DNA of 41,548 bases from Thermomicrobiales bacterium (GCA_035763465.1 DASUBC010000254.1:1-41548), one strand, 5' to 3'. Numbered from the stretch's first letter, positions 32,664-41,548 are shown. Made by a program: numbers and translations. The notes: a model not told the origin generated them from the letters alone.

Positions 32664-34442
32664 TCAGGCAGGCTGCGCGACCAGCCCACGCGCCTGGCGC
32701 AGTGTCCAGATCAGGCGGTTGCGCCCGCGAATGAGGTGCGCGCGAATCACGCGCGCCTCGTCGCTCTCCCGGTTGCCGTCGTGCAGCAGCAGCGCCGGCG
32801 CCAGGTCGGGCAGCGGCGGGACGTCGAGCGCCGGATCGTGCCGAAAAGCGCCTTGTCGGCTGTAATTCACCGGCACCAGCAGGCGACTGAGCGCTCGCGC
32901 GATGGCGTTGAAACGCTGGACGGCCGGATCGGTCGCCGGCCGGTCGAGCAGTGCGCCCGCGCCAGTGTAGTAGCGCTCTAGTTCGGCGGCGAGCGCGGCG
33001 GTCTCGGCGCTCGCTTCGATCAGACTGACGGTCGGCTCCGCCGCCGCGTTGTAGCGCCCTAGCGTCGCCTGTATCTCGCGCACCGTCTGGCGGAAGTCGA
33101 GCGGGTGGAGCGGCGCGTTCACCAGGCGCGCGACCAAGGTCGTGTAGAAGCGGAGGTCGCGCGCCAGCACATCACGGTCGGCGATCTCCAGTGTGTCATC
33201 TTCCGTGTGCCAGGCGATATTGCCGCCGCAGCCGCCGACGGCGTAGTAACCGTGCGCGGCGCGGTCGGCCTCAGCCATCGTCGAGGAGAGCATCAGGCAG
33301 CCGCTCACACCGATGTTGTTGAATGAGTAGTCGCCGGCGCGCGGCGGGCGCTCGGGGCTGATCTCCAGGCCAGTGGCTTCGTGTGCCGCCGCGCGCACCA
33401 GCGCCTCGGTCTCGCTCATGACGGTCAGGTGGTCGTAGGTGGTAGCCCAGCGGCAACCGGGCGAATCGCTGTTGACCTGAGCGATGCAATGCTCGGCCAG
33501 GTCAATGGCGAACTCGTCGGCGTACCAGGTCGAACCAGCGTAGCGGCCATGCGAATGCCCTGACCACCAGGCGACGCGCAGCGTGCGTTGCAGCCGGTCG
33601 CGGTGCTGGTGGAAGACGCGCGCCAGTTCAAGGAGCAGCGCGTCGCCGGTCGCATTGTCACCGACGCCGCCGTGCCAGGAATCGAGATGGCCGTGCAGCA
33701 GCACGAACTGGTCGGGGTCCGCCGCGCCGCGAATCTCGGCGACCAGGACCGGGATCGGCCGCCAGCGCGTCTCCAGGCGCGTAATGACCCCGACCTCGAT
33801 CGTGTCCGCCTGTGCCTCCGCGATGAGCCGGGCGCCGTCGGCGTGATTCACTTCGAGCACCGGCAGGGTCGGCTGCCGCCCAATCGAGTCAAGGTCCGGC
33901 GTGCCCCAGATCGTCGTGCAGATGCCTTCGTGAATGCGCTCGCCGGGGCTGATGAAGACGGCGGCGCGCGCGCCAAGCCGGGTCAGGTCGGCCACCTTCG
34001 CCGGCATCGGCAGCCCTTCGGTCAGCACGATCTTCCCAGCAACTTGCGCTGCGTCCGCAGGGAGACCAGCGCTAAAGAGATCTTCGACGCCGTGCGCGTA
34101 GCCGGATGGTAGGTACGTCAGTTCGCCACGAACCGGTTCGTCGCCGGTCGCGGCGCTCATCGCGGGCGTCTTCGCCGCGACGGTGCGCGCGGCAGGACCG
34201 TAGACCGCGAGCGCCGACTCGCGCGGCAGGCTGATCAGGCAGATCGGGTGATGCAACGTATACGGCACGCCCCACTCGTCGAGCCGGGCCGTAAGCGCCG
34301 CGATCGCCTCCGCTTCCGCGTCCGTGCCCGACTCGCGCACCAGCCCGGCAAACCGCTCAACCACGGCCCACGGCGCGTCGAGCGTGAGCGCGCCGAGCAG
34401 TGCTTCTTCCAGCGCCGGGTCTCGCCACTCCGTCCAGGCCAT
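32664..34442 (-). CDS. M28-family metallopeptidase with PA-like insert
   Basis: LLHGHLDSWHGGVGDNATGDALLLELARVF and WWSGHSHGRYAGS follow the M28 Zn-ligand pattern. SD GAAGGAG. Confidence 0.8.
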   Translation of the reverse strand: MAWTEWRDPALEEALLGALTLDAPWAVVERFAGLVRESGTDAEAEAIAALTARLDEWGVPYTLHHPICLISLPRESALAVYGPAARTVAAKTPAMSAATGDEPVRGELTYLPSGYAHGVEDLFSAGLPADAAQVAGKIVLTEGLPMPAKVADLTRLGARAAVFISPGERIHEGICTTIWGTPDLDSIGRQPTLPVLEVNHADGARLIAEAQADTIEVGVITRLETRWRPIPVLVAEIRGAADPDQFVLLHGHLDSWHGGVGDNATGDALLLELARVFHQHRDRLQRTLRVAWWSGHSHGRYAGSTWYADEFAIDLAEHCIAQVNSDSPGCRWATTYDHLTVMSETEALVRAAAHEATGLEISPERPPRAGDYSFNNIGVSGCLMLSSTMAEADRAAHGYYAVGGCGGNIAWHTEDDTLEIADRDVLARDLRFYTTLVARLVNAPLHPLDFRQTVREIQATLGRYNAAAEPTVSLIEASAETAALAAELERYYTGAGALLDRPATDPAVQRFNAIARALSRLLVPVNYSRQGAFRHDPALDVPPLPDLAPALLLHDGNRESDEARVIRAHLIRGRNRLIWTLRQARGLVAQPA

Positions 34443-34457
34443 GTTTTGCTCCTTCTA

Positions 34458-35075
34458 TCAACGCCCCGCGCTGGCAAGGTTGCCCTGCCAGGCTTCGATA
34501 AATCGCTCGATCACCGGTTCGTCGTAGCCGGTGATGTGCTCGGCGCGCGTCCAGGCGGTCAACACGACCTGACCGGGCGGCAGGGCAGGGTTCGGCGCGA
34601 CGACTATGCCATGCCCGTGTCGCAGGTTGACGTCCACCGGCCGGTTATTGTAGCGGTTCGCCAGCAAGGCGATCTGCTCTCGCAGGCCCGGCGTGCCTGT
34701 ATCGTTGTACTGCACGATGATATTGCCGTAGGCCAGGATATTGACTTGCCGTGGTTTGTCCAGCGGCGTGTCGAGCACGAACTCTGCCGGCAGCCAGTCA
34801 ACCCGCGCGCCGCTGGTCGGGGGATCACTGTTATAGGGAAAGTCAGTCGCTCCGGTCGCCGCCACCAGCGGCGCGCCCTGACTGGGGTAGTACGCGCCTG
34901 GCTGGGCGGGCTGCAACTCGTAAATAAGCAGCGCGTGCAGGCCGAAGCCGAGCAAGGCGAGCAGTCCCGCGACCGGCCACACCCAGCGCCAGCCGAGCCG
35001 GGCATCATCTGTATCTACGCCGGTGAGCGTGCCGCCAGTCATCGTCGGTATCGCGTCTTTCACCGCCTGTCGCAT
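34458..35075 (-). CDS. membrane-anchored DUF3105-like protein
   Basis: One TM helix (WVWPVAGLLALLGFGLHALLIY). YNSDPPTSGARVDW and NILAYGNIIVQYN resemble the DUF3105 core as I recall it. The gene ends 15 nt before the M28 gene. Confidence 0.55.
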   Translation of the reverse strand: MRQAVKDAIPTMTGGTLTGVDTDDARLGWRWVWPVAGLLALLGFGLHALLIYELQPAQPGAYYPSQGAPLVAATGATDFPYNSDPPTSGARVDWLPAEFVLDTPLDKPRQVNILAYGNIIVQYNDTGTPGLREQIALLANRYNNRPVDVNLRHGHGIVVAPNPALPPGQVVLTAWTRAEHITGYDEPVIERFIEAWQGNLASAGR

Positions 35076-35262
35076 CGCCGCCGTGTGACTACATATCCCT
35101 ATGAATCAACACTACTCAGTCACCTGCTTATAACGAGAAGCCCGCACTGCGTCAAGCGGATGACAGCAATGGCAACGACATAGCGCCGCATGCGACAATA
35201 GCAGTTTCCAATTGCCACGAGGGTAGTGGCGCATGTCTGATAATGCGGTGGGGTAAGCACAA

Positions 35263-37065
35263 ATGGAAATCGCGTTCATTCTGGTATTAGGGGTCGGCGC
35301 GCAATGGCTGGCCTGGCGACTGAAATTGCCATCAATTCTGCTCCTCCTCCTCTGTGGTCTGCTCGCCGGCCCGGTGACCGGCGTCGTCAAACCCGACGCG
35401 ATCTTCGGCGAGTTGCTCGCGCCGCTCGTCTCGCTGGCCGTGGCGCTGGTGCTCTTCGAGGGCAGTCTGAGCCTGCGGATTCATGAGTTACGCGAGACCG
35501 GCAACGTCGTACGGAACCTCCTGACGATCGGCGCGGCGGTGACCTGGTGCGTCAGCACGCTGGCCGCGCGCTTCCTGCTCCACTTCGATCTCGCGCTGGC
35601 GCTCATCCTGGGCACGATCCTCATCGTGACCGGACCGACGGTCATCGGGCCGCTGCTTGAACATGTCAAGCCACGCGGCCGGATCGGCCCGATCCTGCGC
35701 TGGGAGGGCATCCTCATTGACCCGCTCGGCGCGCTGCTCGCCCTGCTTGTCTTCGAGGCCGTCTTGTCCAGCAGTGTCGAGATTGCCACTCACAAGGTGA
35801 TCGAGGGTTTTGGCCTGGCGGTGCTGGCCGGGACACTCGCCGGGCTGGGCGGCGCGGCGTTGCTGGTCGCCGCGCTCCGCCGCTACCTCGTGCCGGACTT
35901 CCTCCACAACTCCGCGACCGTGACACTGGTTCTCGCCGCGTTCACCCTCGCGAACTGGCTGCACGATGAATCGGGGTTGCTGGCGGTAACGATTATGGGC
36001 ATCCTGCTGGCGAACCAGCCGTTCGTGCCGGTGGCCCATATCATCGAGTTCAAGGAGAATCTGCGGGTGTTGCTACTGGCAGGTCTCTTCATCGTCCTCG
36101 CGGCGCGCTTGCAGCCGCACGACCTGGCGCAGCTGGGACCGGGCAGTGTGCTCTTTGTCCTCGTCTTGCTGCTGGTCGCCCGGCCGCTGGGCGTACTGCT
36201 GGCGACAGCCGGCAGCGACCTGACTCGCAACGAGCGGCTCTTTCTCGCCTGGATGGCGCCGCGCGGTGTCGTCGCGGCCTCGGTCGCTTCGATCTTCGCC
36301 CTGCGGCTGGCCCAGGTCGGCTACCCCAACGCCAATCAGCTGACCGCGAACATGTTCCTTGTCATCATCTGCACCGTGGCTATCTATGGCCTGACCGCCA
36401 GTCCGCTCGCCAGGCGGCTCGGCGTCCGGCAGCGCCGGCCCCATGGCGCCCTGATCGCGGGCGCCGATCTCCCCGCACGGGCCATCGGCGCTGCGCTGGT
36501 CAAGCAAGGCTGTCCGGTTGTGCTGGTGGACATCAATCCCGCGCATGTGGCCGATGCCCGGCACAAGGGCTTACCGGCTCTGGTCGAGAACATTCTGGCC
36601 GAGGGGCTGCTGGACGAGGTAGCACTGGAGGGTATCGGACGGCTGCTCGCGCTGACGCCGAACGATGAAGTGAACGCGCTCGCGGCGCTCCGGTTCGCCA
36701 GCCAGTTCGGCTGGACCGAGGTCTACCAGCTGCCAGTGAAAGGGCCGCTCGGCGCTGAGACCAGTTCGGCACGGCAGCCACTACGCGGGCGGTTGCTCTT
36801 CGGTCCCAGCGTGGATCACGCCTACCTGGCGCGTCAGCTTGCGGCAGGGGGCACGATCGAGGCGATCACGCTCGATGTAGTCGGTGAGGAGGCCGACCGG
36901 TTCGGCGACGATGGCGCGGTCGAAGTGCCGCTCTTTGTGCTAACCGAGACCGGTGACACTATCCCCTGCACCACGACGTCGCCACCACAACCGGGTCAGA
37001 CCGTGCTCATGCTGGTCACCGCCGGGCCACCAGTGCCGGCTGAAAGTTCGTCTTCGCTTGGGTGA
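35263..37065 (+). CDS. CPA1-type cation/proton antiporter fused to a C-terminal RCK/TrkA-N-like domain
   Basis: About 11-12 hydrophobic helices (LLLLLCGLLAGP.., APRGVVAASVASIFAL), then ALIAGADLPARAIGAALVKQGCPVVLVDIN (Rossmann-like). Confidence 0.85.
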   Translation: MEIAFILVLGVGAQWLAWRLKLPSILLLLLCGLLAGPVTGVVKPDAIFGELLAPLVSLAVALVLFEGSLSLRIHELRETGNVVRNLLTIGAAVTWCVSTLAARFLLHFDLALALILGTILIVTGPTVIGPLLEHVKPRGRIGPILRWEGILIDPLGALLALLVFEAVLSSSVEIATHKVIEGFGLAVLAGTLAGLGGAALLVAALRRYLVPDFLHNSATVTLVLAAFTLANWLHDESGLLAVTIMGILLANQPFVPVAHIIEFKENLRVLLLAGLFIVLAARLQPHDLAQLGPGSVLFVLVLLLVARPLGVLLATAGSDLTRNERLFLAWMAPRGVVAASVASIFALRLAQVGYPNANQLTANMFLVIICTVAIYGLTASPLARRLGVRQRRPHGALIAGADLPARAIGAALVKQGCPVVLVDINPAHVADARHKGLPALVENILAEGLLDEVALEGIGRLLALTPNDEVNALAALRFASQFGWTEVYQLPVKGPLGAETSSARQPLRGRLLFGPSVDHAYLARQLAAGGTIEAITLDVVGEEADRFGDDGAVEVPLFVLTETGDTIPCTTTSPPQPGQTVLMLVTAGPPVPAESSSSLG

Positions 37066-37175
37066 ACCGGCCAAACTCTCTGTGGTACCATCCTCAGTGC
37101 TGCCGCGGCGATCCGCGGCGCATGTCATTCACTGGGACGGGTAGACTGGTGGCGGGACAGATTCACGGCGGACCG

Positions 37176-38558
37176 ATGGCGATCGGCACTGTGCTTGGCC
37201 GGCTGGGTGAGACGCAGCGGCGTGTCGCGGCGCGGCTCGCCATCGCGTTTCGCGCCGAAGGCGCCGCGCTCTATCTGGTCGGCGGTGCTGTGCGCTCACT
37301 GTTACTCGGTCAGGCACCATACGACCTCGACTTCGCGACCGACGCCGCGCCTGAACAGATCCGCGCCGCCGCCGAACGCGCCGGCGCGACAGCGATTCAC
37401 TCGGCGAACGAGCGCTTCGCCACCGTTGGCCTGGAACTGGAAGGCGAAGCGGTCGAGATTACGTCGTTCCGTGATGAGCAAGCGCCCATCGACATCCTGG
37501 CTGACCTTGCCCGGCGGGATTTCACCATCAACGCGATGGCGCTGCCTGTCGTGATTACGTCCGGCGCTGAAACCGCTCTGATTGATCCCTTCGATGGCGC
37601 CGGCGACCTGGCCCAGCATACGATTCGCGCGGTCGCTGATCCACACGCCCGCTTCACTGAAGATCCTTTGCGCTTAGTGCGCGCGGTGCGTTTCGCGGCC
37701 GAACTCGACTATGTCATCGAGCCGGAGACGCGCGCTGCCATCGTCAGTCTGGCGCCGGCGCTTCGGCGTGTCAGCCCCGAGCGCGTTGGCAACGAGCTGA
37801 CGCGGCTACTCATTGCCCAGTTCGTGACAACCGGCCTGCAACTCCTCGACCGCCTGGGCTTGCTCGCCGAGACGCTGCCGGAACTCGTACCGCTGGTGCA
37901 ATTCGACGCCCCCGGCTCGAAACAGTTGTGGACCCACACGCAGGTTGTCGTGGCCGGCGCTCCCGCGCGCCAGGCCGTGCGCTGGGCTGCGCTGCTCCAT
38001 GACATCGCCAAGCCACGCACCTACAGCGTCCAGAACGGCGAGGTTCATTTCTTCGGTCACGAAGTGCTTGGCGCACGTATTGCGCGCGGCGTGCTCGGAC
38101 GCCTGAAGCAGCCTCGGGAGTTGGTGAGCGCTGTGAGCACGCTAATCGAACAGCACGGCCGCCCGGCGCAGTATGGCCCGGACTGGACCGACGGCGCGGT
38201 GCGCCGGCTGATGCTTGACGTCGGCCCTTACCTCGACGATTTGCTGGCGCTAGCGCGCGCCGACGTGACCAGCGGCCGGCAGTCAGTGCGCGAACGGGCC
38301 TGGCAGCGGATTGACGGGCTGGCAGCTCACTGCGAAGAGTTGCTTGCCGAACAGGAGCTGGCGAAGCTACAAAGCCCTTTGGATGGCACGCAACTCATGG
38401 CGCTATTCGACCGGCCACCCGGCCCCTGGATCCGGCCGCTAAAAGATCATCTGCGCGCGCTCGTTATTGACGGCGCCCTGGCGCCTGGTGACGAAGCCGG
38501 CGCGATCACCGAGGCGCGGCGCTGGATGGCCGAGCGTGAGACGGGAGACGTACCCTAA
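37176..38558 (+). CDS. cca: CCA tRNA nucleotidyltransferase / poly(A) polymerase family with HD domain
   Basis: LYLVGGAVRSLLLGQAPYDLDFATDA, RRDFTINAMA, and HD region LLHDIAKP...GHE. ATG 37176 was chosen because 37066-37175 contains a hairpin (GCCGCGG-cgat-CCGCGGC). The track start GTG 37062 overlaps the antiporter stop (GTGA) and cannot be excluded. Confidence 0.8.
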   Translation: MAIGTVLGRLGETQRRVAARLAIAFRAEGAALYLVGGAVRSLLLGQAPYDLDFATDAAPEQIRAAAERAGATAIHSANERFATVGLELEGEAVEITSFRDEQAPIDILADLARRDFTINAMALPVVITSGAETALIDPFDGAGDLAQHTIRAVADPHARFTEDPLRLVRAVRFAAELDYVIEPETRAAIVSLAPALRRVSPERVGNELTRLLIAQFVTTGLQLLDRLGLLAETLPELVPLVQFDAPGSKQLWTHTQVVVAGAPARQAVRWAALLHDIAKPRTYSVQNGEVHFFGHEVLGARIARGVLGRLKQPRELVSAVSTLIEQHGRPAQYGPDWTDGAVRRLMLDVGPYLDDLLALARADVTSGRQSVRERAWQRIDGLAAHCEELLAEQELAKLQSPLDGTQLMALFDRPPGPWIRPLKDHLRALVIDGALAPGDEAGAITEARRWMAERETGDVP

Positions 38559-38656
38559 CAAAGACCCAGGCAATCCACACGTTATCCTGAAGATCGCCGT
38601 CGAACACATTCGTGACGCGGGACTAGACCCGTAGACCGGGTGGTAGACGTAGCCCG

Positions 38657-38675
38657 GCGCCAGGCAATCTGGCGC
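38657..38675 (+). terminator. short hairpin between convergent cca and menG
   Basis: GCGCCAG-gcaat-CTGGCGC followed by TT. Weak. Confidence 0.3.
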
Positions 38676-38676
38676 T

Positions 38677-39399
38677 TCAGGGACGGGTAGCAGTGATCAG
38701 CCCTACCGTGCCGAGGCCAAAGAGCCGGTGCTTGACTGCCCTGAAGCCGGTCTCGCACAGCATGGCCTCAATGCGTGGCAGGGGCGGCAACATCTCCACA
38801 GAGGCCGGCAGGTAGGTGTAGGCGGGCGCATCGGTCGCCAGTAGCGCCCCCAGGCGCGGGACAACATAGCGCAGATGCGCCTGCGCCAGCCGCGTCCACG
38901 GCGGCGGGTTGGGCAACGGCACCAGATCAAGGAGCGCCACGCGGCCACTGCGCGCCAGCACCCGGTACAGCTCGCGAAAGAGTTGACTGAGGTCGGCCAC
39001 ATTGCGAAGGGCAAAACTCGACATAATGCCGGCGAAAGACTGGCTGGCGAATGGAAGGTTGAGCGCATCACCCCGCAGGAACAGTAGGGATGGATTGTCG
39101 CCGCTCTGTCGTTGCCGTGCGCGGGCGAGCATTGCACCGCTGAAATCAAGGCCAACTACGGCTGCATATGGCGCGCGGCGCGCGAAGGCCAGCGCCAGGT
39201 CGCCAGTGCCGGTAGCCACATCGAGGATCGGTCCGCCGCGGCGATCCCACAACGCGCGCAGCGTCGCGGCCTTCCAGACCCGGTGCCCACCGGCCGTCAT
39301 GAGGTCATTCAGCAGATCGTAACGCCGTGCGATGCGATCGAACATCGCTTCAACAACGACGGCTTTTTCAGCCTGGGTCGGGAGAATTGCGTTCGTCAA
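38677..39399 (-). CDS. menG: demethylmenaquinone/ubiquinone methyltransferase
   Basis: EAMFDRIARRYDLLNDLMTAGGHRVWK, ILDVATGTGDLA. TTG 39399 overlaps the menA stop as TTGA and gives a canonical ~240-aa protein. The 293-aa track ORF would overlap menA by about 160 nt. Confidence 0.85.
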   Translation of the reverse strand: MTNAILPTQAEKAVVVEAMFDRIARRYDLLNDLMTAGGHRVWKAATLRALWDRRGGPILDVATGTGDLALAFARRAPYAAVVGLDFSGAMLARARQRQSGDNPSLLFLRGDALNLPFASQSFAGIMSSFALRNVADLSQLFRELYRVLARSGRVALLDLVPLPNPPPWTRLAQAHLRYVVPRLGALLATDAPAYTYLPASVEMLPPLPRIEAMLCETGFRAVKHRLFGLGTVGLITATRP

Positions 39400-40325
39400 G
39401 GCGCCAGCACCAAGCCGGCGGCCAGCAGTAGTCCGAACACCAGCGCCAGTTGCGCGGTTCCCGCGAGGGTCTTGTTCAGCGACCGGCCGGCCTGGCGGCG
39501 CGTCTGGTTCACGAGTCGTAGCGCCAACGGCAGTGAGAGCCACGGGAGAATATACCACCAGGCACCGAGACCGCCGGCGATCCAGAGGCCAACCGGCACA
39601 AGATAGGCGCCGCCAACCAGCACGACATATTCCACTTGCGTTCCAGCCCGGCCCAGCCGGACCGCAATCGTGTGTTTGCCGGCCTGCCGGTCGGTCTCCA
39701 GGTCACGCAGGTTATTGACGACCAGGATGGCGGCGATCAGCAACCCGACTGGTATGGCCGCCACCAGCACCACACCGGTCAGCGCCATTGTCTGGACATA
39801 ATATGTGCCGGCGACACCGACCAGGCCGAAAAACAAGAAAACGAAGACTTCGCCAAGCCCGTGGTAACCAAGCGGGAATGGCCCCCCGGTGTATGCCAGA
39901 GTGGCAATGATCGCCGCGATGCCCAGCAGCAAAATTGGCAGGCCACCGCGCACGACCAGATAGAGACCCACGAGCGCTGCCAGGCCTACGGTGAGCAACG
40001 TGGCCTGCAAGACGCGCGCTGGCGCGATCAAGCCACTTTGGGTGACGCGTGTCGGCCCAAGTCGCTCCGCAGTGTCGGCGCCACGATGGAAGTCGAAGAC
40101 GTCATTAGCGAAATTCGCTGCAATCTGCAACAGCAGCGCCACCGCGAACGCCGCCAGCGCGGGCGCCAGTGCGAAGCCGCCGTCCGCGATAGCCGCCGCC
40201 GTGCCGACGACGACCGGCACGACCGCCGCCGGCAGCGTCTTGGGCCGCGCGGCTAACAGCCAGGCGCGAACCTGCGTTGGCGGTGACACTGCCTTGACAA
40301 CCGGGGGGTCTACTGGGGCCACCAT
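39396..40325 (-). CDS. menA: 1,4-dihydroxy-2-naphthoate polyprenyltransferase (UbiA family)
   Basis: RAWLLAARPKTLPAAVVPVVVG and NDVFDFHRGADT (NDxxDxxxGxD), with about 8 TM helices. Confidence 0.9.
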   Translation of the reverse strand: MVAPVDPPVVKAVSPPTQVRAWLLAARPKTLPAAVVPVVVGTAAAIADGGFALAPALAAFAVALLLQIAANFANDVFDFHRGADTAERLGPTRVTQSGLIAPARVLQATLLTVGLAALVGLYLVVRGGLPILLLGIAAIIATLAYTGGPFPLGYHGLGEVFVFLFFGLVGVAGTYYVQTMALTGVVLVAAIPVGLLIAAILVVNNLRDLETDRQAGKHTIAVRLGRAGTQVEYVVLVGGAYLVPVGLWIAGGLGAWWYILPWLSLPLALRLVNQTRRQAGRSLNKTLAGTAQLALVFGLLLAAGLVLAP

Positions 40326-40476
40326 ACGCGAACGCTACCTACCCTGATTCGTGTGTGCTGCAACCTACGCATGCCGTGCCAATGATAACGGTCCAGGGCC
40401 AGCCTCGGCAATCGCATCAGATCTCCTAGTAATTTCGGACAACAAGAATTGAACGAATTATACTGATTCGCAGCTA

Positions 40477-40485
40477 TGCTATACT
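40477..40485 (+). promoter_or_regulatory. extended -10 promoter candidate (TGcTATACT) upstream of the integrase
   Basis: ATGCTATACT is the same 10-mer as at the 15011 minus-strand site. It lies in the most AT-rich stretch of the window. Confidence 0.35.
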
Positions 40486-40534
40486 AGGCTAAGTGTACGT
40501 ACACAGGTGGCCTTTGCTTGTCAGGAAGTGGTGT

Positions 40535-41548
40535 ATGGCTGCGGACGAACTTTCCTGCCCGATCGTAACGGTTGAGCACGCGCAAAGCCAATTCTTCGCA
40601 ACAATGCGGCTTGCGCCGCGCACGCAAAAGGCGTATCGCATCGGCCTGCGCCACTTCCTTGAGTTTGTCGCGCGGGAATCCGGCTGCACGACAGCAGGAA
40701 TAGCGGTGACTTCTCTCACGATCGAGCATGTCACCGATTTCCTGACGACAATCATGCCCGAAGATATTCGCGCCCCGGAAGACGTGTCGCGGATGCGCTA
40801 CGCTCAGAACCAGCTCGCGGCAGTTCGCAAGTTTTACGGCTTCCTGGCGGCATACGACCTCCACCCAACCCTTGCCAACGATAAACTGCGCGTACGCATC
40901 AACGCGATGCTTCCACGCTTCACGCCGCCACCGCCCGATGTGCATCTCGACGACCTCGATCAGATGATCGCCTGGATCACGACTCGTCCAAAGGAGGACA
41001 AGCCGCAACGCGAACTCCGGCGCGTCAAGGCCATCGCGCTGCTGCTGACCCTGCACCGCACTGGCGTGCGCGTCTCTGAACTCTGCGCGCTGCGCCGCCG
41101 GGACATCAACCTACCCGAGCGAACCGCGTTCGTCTATCGCGCTAAAGGGGGCAAGAGCCGGACGGTCCATTTTGACGACGCGGCGGCGCAGGCGCTTACA
41201 GCGTACTGGCGTACGCGCCTCGATGCAGGCCGGGGCACGGGCGCGTATCCCGCGTTCAGTGGTCGCGATAAGCCCGGGCAGCCGGGCAGCGCAATTAATC
41301 CACGCACTGTCGAACTGATCGTCGCCGAGGCCGCGCATGGCGCGGGCGTGGAGAGCGACGTGACTCCCCACTCGTTCCGGCACGGCCTGGCGACCGAACT
41401 CGTGCGGCGTCGGGTGCGCGAATCAACCGTGCAGACGATATTGGGCCACGCCTCGCCGGCAACAACGCGGATTTATGTTCACAAGACAGCGCTGGAAGTG
41501 CAAGAAGAATATCACGATGCCTTCGATGACCGCCCGGTAAGGCGCGGC
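40535..41548 (+). CDS. tyrosine recombinase / phage-type integrase (partial; 3' end off the right edge)
   Basis: Absent from the track because it is open-ended. Hand translation gives MAADELSCPIVTVEHAQSQFFATMRLAPRTQKAYRIGLRHFLEFV... (SAM-like N-domain), ...LHRTGVRVSELCALRRRDI..., ...TPHSFRHGLATELV...ILGHASPATTRIYVH (R..HxxR..Y catalytic pattern). The - ORF 40484..41056 is its shadow. Confidence 0.85.
   Translation, partial: MAADELSCPIVTVEHAQSQFFATMRLAPRTQKAYRIGLRHFLEFVARESGCTTAGIAVTSLTIEHVTDFLTTIMPEDIRAPEDVSRMRYAQNQLAAVRKFYGFLAAYDLHPTLANDKLRVRINAMLPRFTPPPPDVHLDDLDQMIAWITTRPKEDKPQRELRRVKAIALLLTLHRTGVRVSELCALRRRDINLPERTAFVYRAKGGKSRTVHFDDAAAQALTAYWRTRLDAGRGTGAYPAFSGRDKPGQPGSAINPRTVELIVAEAAHGAGVESDVTPHSFRHGLATELVRRRVRESTVQTILGHASPATTRIYVHKTALEVQEEYHDAFDDRPVRRG

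Noticed and set aside
37066-37175. Longer CCA-enzyme N-terminus (starts at GTG 37062 or ATG 37122)
   Set aside because: Not fully excluded. However, the added residues (NRPNSLWYHPQCCRGDPRR..) are unlike nucleotidyltransferase N-termini, and the segment contains a 7-bp GC hairpin more consistent with an untranslated spacer.
39400-39558. 293-aa form of MenG overlapping menA by about 160 nt
   Set aside because: The extra residues (..EPDAPPGRPVAEQDPRGNRATGAGVRTTAGRRLG..) are low complexity and read out of frame across the menA 3' end. The TTG at 39399 gives the canonical length and a 4-nt coupling overlap.

Overview
Visibly GC-rich bacterial chromosomal window. I found no rRNA, tRNA or CRISPR array. 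It holds about 36 protein genes, mostly housekeeping or envelope functions. Left to right: partial ggt, an APH-like kinase, an aldo/keto reductase, an amidohydrolase, a PLP aminotransferase, a GH38 lipoprotein, a SAM methyltransferase and YceI. Next come an arginase whose GTG start overlaps the stop of an oversized argS, an internally deleted RmlA-like ORF, an HspR-like MerR regulator and YflT-type and PRC-like stress proteins. The envelope block holds an S8 protease and a second protein with SLH domains, and an ABC-2 transporter / HisKA_3 kinase / NarL regulator operon. After it come overlapping GT4 and GT2 glycosyltransferases with coiled-coil tails, an SDR, a family-4-like UDG and tatA. The right part holds a Tat-signal protein of unknown function, a 997-aa AAA+/TPR/LuxR regulator, an M28 peptidase, a DUF3105-like protein, a CPA1 antiporter with an RCK domain, the CCA enzyme, menG, menA and a partial tyrosine recombinase at the right edge. 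Two open-ended genes (ggt, integrase) are missing from the ORF track and were translated by hand. Many track ORFs are antisense shadows or are over-extended through repeats. The most unusual signal is non-coding: a set of hairpin elements whose two arms are tandem arrays of 7-9 nt units. The unit sequence differs between loci but the architecture is the same, and almost all sit within a few nt of a stop codon. In one case the array supplies the last codons and stop of a gene; in another it lies inside the only usable N-terminal reading frame of the arginase. One subfamily (three copies in the first 4 kb) has MITE-like terminal inverted repeats, and its arm differences form G:U wobbles only in minus-strand RNA. 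No recognisable defence, toxin or biosynthetic cluster was found. Taxon is not determinable from here; SLH proteins, menaquinone genes and high GC would fit Chloroflexota-like or related lineages, but that is a guess.
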